DNA of 57,490 nucleotides, counting the filler, from Platydemus manokwari (lineage: Eukaryota): NCBI GenBank assembly GCA_037951405.1. It is 5 parts of 5 records of this genome, joined end to end, with 100 filler letters (N's around TTAATTAATTAA, not from the genome) between each part and the next. Parts side by side here need not be neighbours in the genome. Positions count along the whole stretch, not along the records: positions 10,996 to 24,052 come from JBBMOY011861388.1; positions 24,153 to 33,385 come from JBBMOY011279873.1; 3 more parts are not named here. The stretch is one strand, 5' to 3'. The stretch's first letter is position 1. Each line of letters starts with the position of its first letter. The notes beneath the pieces were generated by a model. It had not been told where the DNA came from, did not search any database, and was given only the letters and a program-made list of their open reading frames with translations. Both the position numbers and the translations under genes were made by a program. This document shows, piece after piece, positions 13,746 through 25,931 of the stretch.

Positions 13746-14247
13746 AATAATGAAAAGTTTTTGAAATTTTTAGTAAACTAAATTGATTAAAACAAATTTT
13801 TCACATAAATTTTGATTTTTGTAGGTCAATTGTAGTAATAATAGGAATTGGTATAATTATTGTAGTTCCATTTCCAACTAGAAATTTGAAGGGAAATAAA
13901 TTGACCTGAGGTAGCTCAAGGGGTAGATAAGAAATCAAAATTAAAATCGAAATAATATTCGAAAGGGTATTTAAGTTTAAAACCTCAGAATTAAAAATAT
14001 TTTATATTATCTAATTATTAGGGTTTTACTTTCTTAAAATAATTTGATTAAATTTTTAAATAGGCGTAATGTGCATGTTTCACATAGGATTCTTTTACCA
14101 AGAAGTCCATTCACTTACAAATCTGACAAAATTAAAGGCGGATATTTAGAACCTCGTCATTTATAGACACGTTTATCAAACTTGATCTTTCAACTATAGA
14201 TCTTGTGAGTAACAACACCACTTTACTAATTTACCCTGCTGAATATT

Positions 14248-14607
14248 TGAAGTCAGAGGAAACTCTGATGGAGGACCACCGCGGTTCTGACGTGCAAATC
14301 AATCGTCGGACATGAGTATTGGAGCGAAATACTAATCGAACCACCTAGTAGTTGGTTCCCTCAGGATAGCTGGCATTCATTGATTTGTAGTTATACCTGG
14401 TAAAGCGAATGATTAGAGGTATTGGGGACTAAATGTTCTCAACTTAATCTTAAACTTTGTGCGTATACATGTGGGCCATTTTTAGTAAGCAGATCTGGCG
14501 ATGTGGGATGAACCAAATATCTAGTTAAAGTGCCTAACATCAAGCTCATGAGAAACTAGAAAAGGTGTTGATAAAGACAGCAAGACGGTGGACATGGAGG
14601 TCGTCAT

Positions 14608-14641
<34 letters not shown>

Positions 14642-15814
14642 TCAACCAGCCCTGAAAATGGATAGCGCTGTAGCGTGAGACCTATACTTGATCGATATCG
14701 CAAGTCGTTTCCTAGTAAATGATGAGTACGCGATACCGTGTAGAAGGGTGCCATGGCTGCTACGAAGGTACTGGCGTAAGTCGGACTGAAGTGGTTATGG
14801 GTACCGATCTTGGTAGTAATAGCAAGTAAGATCCTTGAAGACTGAAGTGGAGAAGGGTTCCATGTGAACAGTATTTAAACATGGATTAGTCGGTCCTAAG
14901 CGATTTGGTAATTCAGTTATCAGAATGAGATGATTGACAGAAAATTAACTGCAACCTCCTGAAGCGAATGTGAATCAGGTTAACATTCCTGAACTTGAAA
15001 ACGGAAATTTGGTTGTTCGGAAAATTCAAGTGGTAACACAAGCGATCTCAGAGACGTCATCAGGTGTTTCTGGAAGAGTTCTCTTCTCTTTGTATACAGA
15101 ACTATGTCCCTAGAATCAGGTTATCTGGATAAAGGGATGTGAAATCTCAAAAGCACCGCGGTTTTGTGGTGTCCGAAGTGCCCCTGATGGCCCTTGAAAT
15201 TTTGTGAGAGCACCAATAAATTTCGTTTCAAGACTCACCTATATCTACAGCAGGTCTTCAAAGTGAGCAGTATATAGCTTTAGAACAATGTTGGTAAGGG
15301 AAGTCGGCAAATTTGATCCGTACCTTCTGTAAAAGGATTGGCTCTAGGACCTGGTATGATGGGCTTAATCAAGACATTGATTGGATTGAAATTGAGCTGT
15401 TTGAATCTGGTGATTTGGGTTTTGGATTTCTTAAATCCGATTACCGGAGTTGAAGTGGAACTTTTTCGACTTAGTTGATTTGTGAGTTTTCGGATTCATG
15501 GTCGTCATTGTACAATTAACGGTCAACTCAGAACTGGCTTGAACTAAAGGAATCCGATTGTCTAATTTAAAAAAAGCGTTGCGATGGCTGGTGAACGGCT
15601 TTGACGAAACGTGATTTCTGCCCATTGTTATGAATATCAAAGTGAAAAAATTAAAATAAGCTCTAGTTAACGGCAGGAGTAACTATGGCTCTCTTCAGGT
15701 AGCAAAATGCCTAGTCATCTAATCAATAACGTGCATGCATGGATTAACGAGATTCCTGTTTACTATCTAGCGAAACTACAACAAAAGGAACGGGCTTGGA
15801 ATGTATAGCGGAGG

Positions 15815-15845
<31 letters not shown>

Positions 15846-16600
15846 AACTTTGTAGGGGGGATATTAGAGGTGTAGTATAGGTGGGAGATCTTCACGGGTC
15901 AAAAATGAAATACCACTACTCTGATAGTTTCTTTACTTACTCAGTAATGCAGCGCATTTGGCTTCGGTCAATTTGTGAGCGATTATCGGATGCTCTTGAC
16001 CTGTTTTGAGGACAGTGTCAGATGGGTGATTTGACTGGTGCGATACATCCAAGGTGAGCTCAACCAAAACAAAAACCTGGTGTAGACTAAAAGGGGAAAA
16101 GCTTATTTGATTTTGATTTTCAGTATGAATACAGACCGTTAAAGTGAGGCCTTTTAATTTTCCATTCAGAGTCAGAAGCAAGAGGTGTCAGAAAAGTTAC
16201 CACATGGATAACTGGCTTGTGGCAGCTAAGCGTCCATAGCGACGTTGTTTTTTGATCCTTCGATGTCGGCTATTCCTATCATTGCAAAGCAGAATTTGCA
16301 AAGCTATGGATTGTTCACCCACTAATAGGGAACGTGATCTGGGTTTAGACCGTCGTGAGACAGGTTAATTATATCCTACTTCATGTAATGTTATCATTGC
16401 ATTGGTAATTCTGATTTGTACGAGAGGAACTGCAGATTCGGATCACTGGTAAATGTGCTTGATCGAAAGGTCATTGGCACGAAGTTACCATCCGAGAAAT
16501 TAAGAAGACACGCTTCTAAGTCTGAATCTCACCCAGATGTAATGATAATTTAGTGTATACCTTGTAATTCGGCAATGATATTATCGGGTATGTAGTTGTT
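14248..16600 (+). pseudogene. 28S (LSU) rRNA pseudogene, 5'-truncated or deleted, orphan (no 18S or 5.8S nearby)
   Basis: Colinear conserved LSU blocks: gaggaaactctg..gcggttctgacgtgcaaatc, ccgctaaggagtgtgtaacaactcacctgccgaatc, gaagaagaccctgttgagcttgactctag, tttgatccttcgatgtcggct, gggtttagaccgtcgtgagacaggtta, and sarcin-ricin-like gtacgagaggaac. Multiple deletions and substitutions fall in normally invariant cores. The 3' end is approximate. Confidence 0.95.
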
Positions 16601-18538
16601 TCGGCAACTCGTTCTCGATGTTGCTTAGCCATATACTTGAACTTTAACTGCGAGAATCTGAACTTCATTCCCATCTGACGCGATGATTTGGGCCTATATG
16701 GTTCATTCATCAAAAATGAATGTAACTCAACAACAATAACATCAAACGGACAGTTAAATCTTGCTGTTCACGATGTATGTATATGTATATATTGTAAGTT
16801 AATTAATATATCTTAAAACTAATGTATATAATCGAGTTAGATTATATATTTCACTAACAGCAATGGACATGTTGTTACATTGATAATGAAATTACAAAAC
16901 AAATGAGAAGACATAATTTATTTATCACATAAATAATATACCAACAAGACAGCAATTATATCTATTATATTCAGTATGTAACAAACTATAATTATTAATA
17001 TCTTTCGTAAATAATGAATAGTAACATATAAGGTAATAAAAGCCAATATTTCATAATAATAAAACTGGAAAACTTGACGTGGACTTGTGAGATTTCATGA
17101 CACCTGCAATTTTCATTTTAATTTTTCTTCTATTTTATTTTCATCAATCATACAGTAATATTTTCATTTTCAACTTCAATTCATATTCATCATATTTTTA
17201 ACTCAGAACTTTTCCAAACATATTTTATAAATGTCTTTCTTCATTCAGTTCTTCAACATATTTCATCATTTTCCATACATAATCAATCCATTTATTCCAA
17301 TGTACCCTATCAAAATTTTTCAGCTTTTACTAACTAATAATAATAACCATTTAAATTCCAAAACGAATAGCTAACAGTTATTACTTGAAACCTTATTATT
17401 TCAGCATACAAATTTAAAATGAGTTTTTCGTTAATTTTTTGTTAAATAATGATTGGAAATGGAATATGGATTTCGAATGTTTTTATTATATTATAAAAAA
17501 TACCTGTATGAATAAAAAGGTCAATACTGCTCCTGTCTTCATGCTAACTATCTTATTTATGTTTCGTTATTTAATATTTTACACAACAAATACACAGCAA
17601 CAATTACCCGATGACATTTATGCACATATCTAATGTTTAGCAATGAGACCTGTAAATCATATTGATTTTTAAATTCTTATCTATTTTGACCATGATTTCA
17701 AAAATGACTTTATCCCAGTAGTATCTCCCTTATCATTAATGCACCGGTTCATAATGCTATTTATTATAAGTTTTTCTATCTTATACGCAAAAAATTTTAA
17801 AAAAAACTAAATTTTCGTTGTTGCTGGGTACTCTTATTTTTACGTTGAAATTCTATTTATAATTTTCATATTTTACTTTATTTAATTTCTATATTTTTCA
17901 TTTCTTAATGGATGAATTTTTAAAAAATTAATTTAAGAATATGGAAACGCGGTTTCTTTGTTGCTTCGATTATTAAAACAAATAGTAAAGTCAAAGAAAT
18001 TAAATATTTAAAGATATATTATTCAGCATAGTGAATCTCTATTAGAAACTGTTATTCGTAAGAAAAATCAAAAACAACTTTTAATTAAAATCTCAAATAA
18101 ATTTAGAAAGTATTTGAATTTAAGAATAACAAAATAATAAAATATATTATCGATGTCAGGCTGATTCCGGTACATTTGGAGAATCAATCGAGCATTCTTA
18201 TTATTTATCCCTGTTATAATAATCATCAGGGATAGTATTTAGAGTATAAAATGAAACTTGTAACTTATAATTTAAATTACTAATCTCAAACTTTATGGTA
18301 AGTTTCCATTACTCACTGAACAAGTGGAATTAAGGTTTATTAAAGATATATTCTTCATTAAAAAAGTGTCAATTAGAAGAATGATATTTTGGCTCTCTTC
18401 ATTTCATAGGAACTAAAATTCAATTTTACAGTATGATTAAGCTGCTTTCAAACTTTGAAGATCTCACGCTTTTTTTATCTTCAATTTATAATTTAAACAT
18501 CCCACGCTTTTTCTTCATCTTCAATTTAGAATTTAAAT

Positions 18539-18565
18539 CAGGGGTCTCCAAAGTACAGCACGCCA
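18539..18565 (+). mobile_element. Isolated hAT (Charlie/Buster-like) terminal inverted repeat
   Basis: caggggtctccaaagtacagcacgc preceded by attTAaat. No partner TIR found. Confidence 0.35.
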
Positions 18566-19740
18566 AGCTTACTATGAAACACACGAACATTATGACAAAA
18601 ATCCTGCTACAGGTCACGGTTATCTAATGAACATTTAAATGACTTATTAATGATTTCAACTACTCATTTTGAACCACAATTTTTGTAAACCTATCATAGT
18701 TTTGGTCCTCCAAATTTTAAAAAATCAGCAATTATCGATTTTAAAAGTCAAAATATTACTTTCTTGAAACAAATGCATAATTTATAAAATTGTAAAAAAT
18801 AACTTGATTAATTATGTTAAACAAGACTCCGAAATCATCATCTGAAAAAATAGATTAAAAATTAATGATTTTCTAGATCACATAAAACATGTCATTGTTA
18901 TTCTTTTAAAAAATTAATTCTTCAATTGCTTAACTTTTGTTTGTTTTTTCGAGCTATTTTTATTCTCGATATAATAATACAACATTTTAAATTAAATAAT
19001 ATCTCGTAATATTTGGAAAATCAATCAAATTTTATCAAATTTTTGTCTTCGGTTTAATTCTGATAATTTGATCAAGAACAGTTGAATCGAAATTATTATC
19101 GGAAAACATTTCAATACCATCCCAGTGACACCCAATATCAATATCACATAAAGCCGATTATAAACGCGACTACATAACATTATGTTATTAAAATGCTCGC
19201 CATTCAAGTATAATAGAGGCAGACATCTTGTCAAATGTTTTCAACATTCATTTATCAATATTCAGTCTGTAGTATCTACCTATGGAGAAGACAAGTATTG
19301 ATTGATAAAATCAATACAACAACATTTCGGCAATCACTTGTGGAAAATCATAAATTCCAAATTTTTGAGCTTTCTTGCATTTCGTTTATAAAAATAATTT
19401 AACATTACTAAACAAGTCAGGATTTCGATAAATCGACTTCCATTAACTAGAATCGTTTTTCAATTATCAGGTTTGAAAAACAAACAATACAAATAGAGCT
19501 TCTTTAATTCTTTAGAAATGTCTATTAAATACAAAAGACTCGTGGAAACAATGATACTCTCGAATACTCGAAAATTTAAAAAAATTAAATTTAGATTACC
19601 GAAAGATCTCATTAAATATATATTGGAGGTTCTTTTAATTAAAAGAAATAATAATGCCTTATTATTTAAACATAGTGTTTATAATTAAGTAAATCACCAT
19701 TTAAATACATTAGGTTATATTGGAATCAATAATTTAGAAA

Positions 19741-20737
19741 TCACGAAATTATTCGGAGTCCTCCATCAAGTCTAATGACTCCACCATTCAACATTGGATT
19801 CTCAATAATGACTTGTACTATATGAGCGAATTCATCTGGATGACCAAGGCGCTTCGGAAATGGAACAGATGCGATTCTTACATTTATTAAATCTTGAGAA
19901 AAGTTTTGAAACATTGGGGTGGAGAAAAGTCTTGAAATTCGTTTTGTAAATATTTTTATAAATCATAACATCATTCACCAGGAGCAATTGCCATTACTCT
20001 AATGCCTAATCCAGCCAAATCTCTAGCCAATGGTAATGTCATACCAGCAACAGCTGCTTTGCTAACCGAGTAGGCAAGTAAAACCTTATATCCGTCATAT
20101 GCCAAAATGCTGGCCTTGTTTATTATAATCCCTCTTTGATTGTTTTCATTTGGCTCATTGTTTTGGAAAAGCGAGCAACATAATCTAATCATATTTAACG
20201 TGCCAGTTGTGTTGACCTAATATAAATTATTATATGATGTTAATATCACACATATTTATACTTTCAAAACTCGTTCAAACTCATCTAATGAATGAGGTGT
20301 CTGACTTTCTATATCGAAGGTGGTCTGATGAATGCTAATCCCAGCACAATTAACCAGAATATCGAGTTTCTTAGCTGTTTTTTCGATTACTTCCACAGCT
20401 TTCTTGACATCAAGTTTACATGATACCTTGATAGAAAACTTAAATGACAATTTTATTCATTCACATACATCAGTCTTGATAAAATAACAATTATTCGGTA
20501 ATTCATTCGGTTCGTTTAAATCAATAATAGCTACAATGCATCCCAATTTCGATAATCTATTCGATTTTATCAATAAGAAAATATTAATTTAAACCACCTG
20601 CTAACAGTAGCAAAACCTAAACCCGATGAACCGCCTGTAACTGCTCCAGATAATCCCTGCAAATTATCGATTTATAAAATATTTATTGGATTAGAATTTC
20701 ATACTTTTAATGAGGATATAACTTTGGATGAAGTCAT
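19741..20737 (-). CDS. HSD17B10: 3-hydroxyacyl-CoA dehydrogenase type-2-like SDR (HSD17B10/scully family); exons 20737-20705, 20656-20598, 20556-20469, 20426-20262, 20216-19979, ~19931-19741; last acceptor anomalous, possibly a pseudogene
   Basis: [40 protein letters not shown] (YxxxK), [36 protein letters not shown] and [18 protein letters not shown]. Introns are 41-48 nt. Confidence 0.92.
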
Positions 20738-22539
20738 CAATATGAAAGAGTTCTTTTGTAAAAGACTTATAAAGAGAGTCGTTTAATAATGAATGATTCA
20801 TTATGATCTATTGTTATTAATATTGAAATACCAAAGTTATTCAACGCAAACAATGATGGAGCCTGGTAATAAATCAGGTGTAACAATCAATAAAATGTGT
20901 GTTTGCATAAATTATCACATTTTAAGATAACCAAGTGATTGAGACTAAAAATTAGCGAGGAGGTAAATTGTTTTTCTTAAGCTGGGTTTGGTGATTGTTA
21001 GTAACATAGCTGTTATGTGTCGTTTCCTGTTTTTCATAATTATCATTGTCAATAAATTATATGGATGCTAGCTTTAGCCATTAGCAATAATATATTATGT
21101 TAGAACTTTTAATGATATGTCAACGATTTGGTTCTGATTGAAGCATAAGCCAAAAATAGTAATAAATTATTACTGATCAATAATTCTTATTTTTAGATAT
21201 TTTTAAACTGTTGGAATTCGACGGAAAATATTAAATGTGTGCAAGGTTTGGCATCACCTCTGTAAAATTTCAGAACACGACATCAAAACATTTCATAGAT
21301 TTCTTCAAATTACAAGTAAACCCAATCATACATCGATTCCAATGACAAACTGTCATAGTAGAAAGTCCTGTGGACGATATTGGACATTGACAATAAATAC
21401 TCTTTGAGTGGTTTCTATAACTCATCTGTTTGGAATGCGACCTTTTTCAATGCATTGATTTTCTTTAGTATCACCAACATTAGTTTTATATCTCTATAAA
21501 TCAGCAACTTGGTCGGTCACTGATAAATACAGACTCGGTGTCAGGTTTTGTTCTCGAGAGCACAGTATCATTGGAAATACGTAACCCCTTGAAGTAAAAC
21601 TAAATGTATTTTCACATAATTTTCAGTTTGTTCATTCATTTCATTTTATTCATTATGTTTACTCTTCTCAATCCAAATTTAAAAGCATTCTTAGTAATCG
21701 TACGAATGCCGAAATTTTTCATTATATTATGGAACAAACCTTTTATCAGTTTTGATCTTGTAAATTCTTGTTTATTACATTTCAGTTCGAATTTCTGTTT
21801 CGTGAATTTTTCATGTTGGACTTGTTATCTCATAGGTATTTTAGAGAGATGAATTTACTTTCATGTTCCTGATTCACCAACAGATTTTAAATGATCGATA
21901 ATGCAGTCATGTCTTGACTACTTTACTCAGTATTTCAAGAATTCTATAAAGTATTTTGTTTATGATGTTAATAATATATATATTAAGAGTTTTAATAAAT
22001 TAACATCGACATGACGACAAAATCTTCCATCTTGAAAATGCCATCAATGAATAGTATTGTTTGATAGAACTGAGGCAATGAATAAAGTGTCATAAAGATT
22101 ATGCAATCATTATTGGTTGAACACAGTGCTAAATATCAATTGATATCAATTCTACAAATAACGCCTGTTAATGATAGCTGGGTTTTGACAACCAAATACA
22201 TAAATATCAATGAATTCATATGACAATCGTGTACTTTATATTAAAATTATCAACCAGCTATCATAACCTGAGCCAATCATTAATTAATAATCTTGATAAA
22301 TGTTAGTTATACATAAATAGTAAATAAAATAAATTCTGAAGAACTAAATCATCGAAACAATTTATCAAATTGACTAATGAAAGGACTGGATGAAATCAAT
22401 TGATAACGAAAAGATTTGTATTATTTTCAAAGAAAAGAAACTATTTTATCAAATTATATTATAATCAACCTCAACAACAGCTCTATGAGTATTTTTCTCT
22501 TTGTTTTCTGTAATTTATTTTCATTCTTATATTATTAAA

Positions 22540-23420
22540 TACATGCAAGACTTCGAGTTTGTTGCGCTGCAAAATTAACATCTTTGTATTCATTTAAATT
22601 TATTTCGGCAGTTGTCGAAGGATTTATAATATCTAAATCTTCTTTTCTAATTTCATGTTTAGATTTCGAAATAATTCGGGCAACTAAGGAACTTCGTTCA
22701 ATTTTTTGTAAAGAATTTGATCGGAAAATATTTTGGGGATTTTTTTATTTATGACTCCCAATTTATTTAATTGTTACAAAAGAGGATAGTTTTGAATTTC
22801 CACTTGTTGAATGTTGAACAATGATTTTGAAAGTATGAAGTGAAGTTATATAATAAAAATATATTATAATTATATATTGCTGTACAATTTTTATTTCTGA
22901 AATTTTTTTGTATAGTCCATTTTTCATCATAATTGAAGGAGCTAGTGGTATTGCCATCAGTTGCAGGAACAAATACTTATTGCAATTACGAGTTGCTTAT
23001 TCTCCAAGTGGAATATTTCACATTTTTTATTGAGGGTTTTGAATTTATATAGAGAGTATTATGTAGTTAAATTTCATTAGATTATATTTTCTTTAAAGAA
23101 CTTTTCGATTTGTTCAAAAACAGATTTTTGCAATAATAATTTTATAAATTATTTTAATTTTTTTTAAATTCAATATTGGCCATCAGTTTTATTATCTTTA
23201 TTTTGATTAAAACATTATTCCGTAGATTACAGCAAATAATTCATAACAATTATTTATTATTTTACAATTACATCTCTGGAAATAATGGGTCTATTATTTG
23301 ATTTTTAATGAAAATTAATTATTTGTATTATTTTTGGTTTTCCAATCTTTCTTTTAACAATGGAATCTTAGTTTCGATAAACTTATTACTAGATGATTTT
23401 CAGAGGTTTTTTCATAGCTC
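22540..23420 (-). mobile_element. Very decayed Penelope-like retroelement RT fragment (tentative)
   Basis: Ordered fragments GKPKI..NRPIIS, MAIPLAPSIM (compare MGSPLAP), ITSLHTFKIIVQHSTSGNSKLSSF (compare LNSLHPxIKFTxExExNGKLPF) and SLVARIISKSKHEIRKEDLDII. Confidence 0.4.
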
Positions 23421-24052
23421 TAGGCTAGGTTATCAATGGTACGGGTATATCTCATCATGATTTCGGTTGTTATTTTATTTCTAATAAATATACTAAAAAA
23501 ATCTTGTTAATTAATTTGATAAATAAATTATTATACCTTTATTTAAAAATATTAAGAAAAAATTATGGGTAATGTTTTTCTTTTCTCAAGATTTCTATAA
23601 AAAGAATACATGTTAACGAAAAATTCTTTAGGTTAACGTGGAAATATCTAGATGATCTAGTATTATTAACTGCATTGTCTTTGTGTCTCATATATCTTCC
23701 TAATAGATCTATAACATATATGAAAAAGTATTTACTTTATAATCCTACTTATTAAATGTGACACTCGTTGTGTGATGTTCCTTTTATTTCTGAATGCCGG
23801 AAATTATCCAGTGCTTTGTAAAAAATCTGAATATATAGTGTTTGAATTTGTATAGATTGGTGAGGACTTCGAATTCAAGAGATACCAATTTACATATGTT
23901 TGAAATATTTCCAAACCATTATTTAGAAAATTCAATAATAATCACACATTGTGAGAGAAAAGATGCATTTAACTCTTCTATATATAATTAGCATCATACA
24001 ATTAAATCATTTCGATTTGGAAGTTCAATTATTTGTTACAGTTAAAAGAATT

Positions 24053-24152
24053 NNNNNNNNNNNNNNNNNNNNNNNNNNNNNNNNNNNNNNNNNNNNTTAA
24101 TTAATTAANNNNNNNNNNNNNNNNNNNNNNNNNNNNNNNNNNNNNNNNNNNN
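24053..24152. other. Assembly gap with artificial linker
   Basis: N44-TTAATTAATTAA-N44. Confidence 0.97.
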
Positions 24153-24207
24153 GGTTGGGAAAAAAAAAAAAAAAAAAAAAAAAAAATAATAATAAACTAC
24201 TAAACAA

Positions 24208-24290
24208 GACCCCGGTGGCCGAGTAGTTAATGAACTCGCCTGCTAACCAGATGATCGGGAGTTTAAACCCTAATTATCTAATCGGGGCTA
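24208..24290 (+). repeat. tRNA-derived element (SINE head or tRNA pseudogene)
   Basis: A-box-like tggccgagtag, loop ctGCTaa and B-box-like gagtttaaaccc at tRNA spacing. The cloverleaf is imperfect. Confidence 0.5.
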
Positions 24291-24483
24291 TCAGCAACCC
24301 AAAAAGGGTAGTTGATCAAACCAACTGGGTCTCAGCAACACGGACAACAGTTACATTAGAACCAGCATAACTATTCAGTTTTCACAAATACAAAAAAGTG
24401 CCAACATAGCAGCACAGTGTTCCCGTCATTACATCAAAGCTATCCCAGCTGTTCAGAGAACTCACAATAATATCGGAGCCAGT

Positions 24484-24625
24484 GTAATAGATGAATGCTC
24501 AGTAACTGTAGAATGTTCAGTAATTGATAAATGTTCAGTAGTCGATAAATCTTCAGCAATTTATAAATGCTCAGTAATTGATCAATGTTCAGTAATTGAT
24601 GAATGTTCAGTAATTGCTAAATCTA
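24484..24625. repeat. Degenerate 18-bp tandem repeat, about 8 copies (consensus cagtaattgataaatgtt)
   Basis: Units read directly: cagtaactgtagaatgtt, cagtaattgataaatgtt, cagtagtcgataaatctt, cagcaatttataaatgct, cagtaattgatcaatgtt, cagtaattgatgaatgtt. Confidence 0.9.
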
Positions 24626-24665
24626 AAATCTGATGACAGGTTATAGGAAATGAATCTAATGTACG

Positions 24666-25931
24666 TTACTGATTGTGATATAAAATGGTCCAAAATGCTG
24701 CATTCACGCAAACGAACATCAATGGAAATAGAAAAGAGGCTATTCTGTCAACATCTCTTGGTTTTAACCAATATTTTTTATTTAATTTTCCTTGATTATT
24801 ATTTATTTTGCTTATTTTCCCATTATTTTCACTTATTTCTCCATTTGATTCTTTTAATTGTTTCAAATTGAGCGATTCGATACAATTATAAAATTCTGCT
24901 TTTAATATCTTTTTGAATTTCGATGAATCTGCCTTTTTATCTTGAAATACTGCCATTTGATTGACTATTGCATACTCAACCAATGATAATATTATAAAAG
25001 ATAAACAAATAGTCATCCAAATATCTTTGTAATTCATGTAAGCAAGTTGTGGAAGAGAAGAATTCAATTTTGACCATTGATCCATAATTGTAAGTAGTGT
25101 TAATAGGCAGAATGGAACTCGAGCTGGAGCAGCTCTGTAATCAATGAAAAATGAAACCCAACTGATAATAACAATCAACGCAGAGGGTAAGAATGTGAAT
25201 ATTACATAGTATATAAAGTTTCTTTTGAAATCCAACTGAACTATCAATACCGTGAAATTTTTATCAAATTTCGGATAAGAATTATTTACCCTAGCCGTAA
25301 TGCTAGGAGAATTAAAACTAGAATTGTAAAATTCAATAAGTTTTATACTCTCGTTAGGATTATCATACCACCAACTGAGTTTCAAATCATCCGACGAGTA
25401 TCCTAAACTTCCAAGTTCCACGTAACATGTTTGGGAGTCGAGAGGAAATCTCCACAAATCAAACGTACAATAAAAGTAAAATTGTTCTGTTTTACTGTAA
25501 ATTATTGTTCCATTCGGATAAAGCTGCATAAATGTAGACGGGTTGTTCAATGTAGATCGTGATTTCAAGTTATTAAAATGAATATCGGGAACCCAGATTT
25601 TTGATTTCAAATTAACAATGGATATCGAATCAAATGATTCATTCAACACAAGTCTTCTGTCAGTCCATTTCATAATCAATGTTAAACCGACATGGAAGTT
25701 ATTTTCAATTTCACTTATCTCTCCTAGAACATTGAAGACAATTTGAACTTTAATTGCTAGTTCTTGATCAGTACCATTTGTATCGATACCAAATTGATCT
25801 ATTGGTCGAATGGTTTTAAGGTAAGAAATATTTTTCATATGATCTTCTAATTTTAACTCTAGATTGTCTTTCAGAGATTTGATGTTCAAGATTCTAATAA
25901 TGGAAACAACTGCGAGAAAGATTAATTTCAT
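24666..25931 (-). CDS. Cys-loop ligand-gated ion channel subunit, anion-selective (GABA/glycine/GluCl-like superfamily), single exon
   Basis: Signal-peptide-like N-terminus, WTDRRL, IWVPDIHF, Cys loop CTFDLWRFPLDSQTC (C-x13-C), M1 LPSALIVIISWVSFFI, PAR motif AAPARV, M3 DIWMTICLSFIILSLVEYAIVN and M4 DRIASFLFP. Confidence 0.95.
   Translation of the reverse strand: MKLIFLAVVSIIRILNIKSLKDNLELKLEDHMKNISYLKTIRPIDQFGIDTNGTDQELAIKVQIVFNVLGEISEIENNFHVGLTLIMKWTDRRLVLNESFDSISIVNLKSKIWVPDIHFNNLKSRSTLNNPSTFMQLYPNGTIIYSKTEQFYFYCTFDLWRFPLDSQTCYVELGSLGYSSDDLKLSWWYDNPNESIKLIEFYNSSFNSPSITARVNNSYPKFDKNFTVLIVQLDFKRNFIYYVIFTFLPSALIVIISWVSFFIDYRAAPARVPFCLLTLLTIMDQWSKLNSSLPQLAYMNYKDIWMTICLSFIILSLVEYAIVNQMAVFQDKKADSSKFKKILKAEFYNCIESLNLKQLKESNGEISENNGKISKINNNQGKLNKKYWLKPRDVDRIASFLFPLMFVCVNAAFWTILYHNQ

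Noticed and set aside
15431-16713. ORFs 15431-15640, 15933-16181 and 16516-16713
   Set aside because: Antisense shadows of the 28S-derived sequence.
22763-22860. Degraded Polinton packaging-ATPase Walker A motif
   Set aside because: No GKT or GKS, and the surrounding fragments fit a Penelope-like RT better.
24484-24625. CRISPR-like array
   Set aside because: Contiguous 18-bp units with no unique spacers, in a eukaryotic context with no cas genes.
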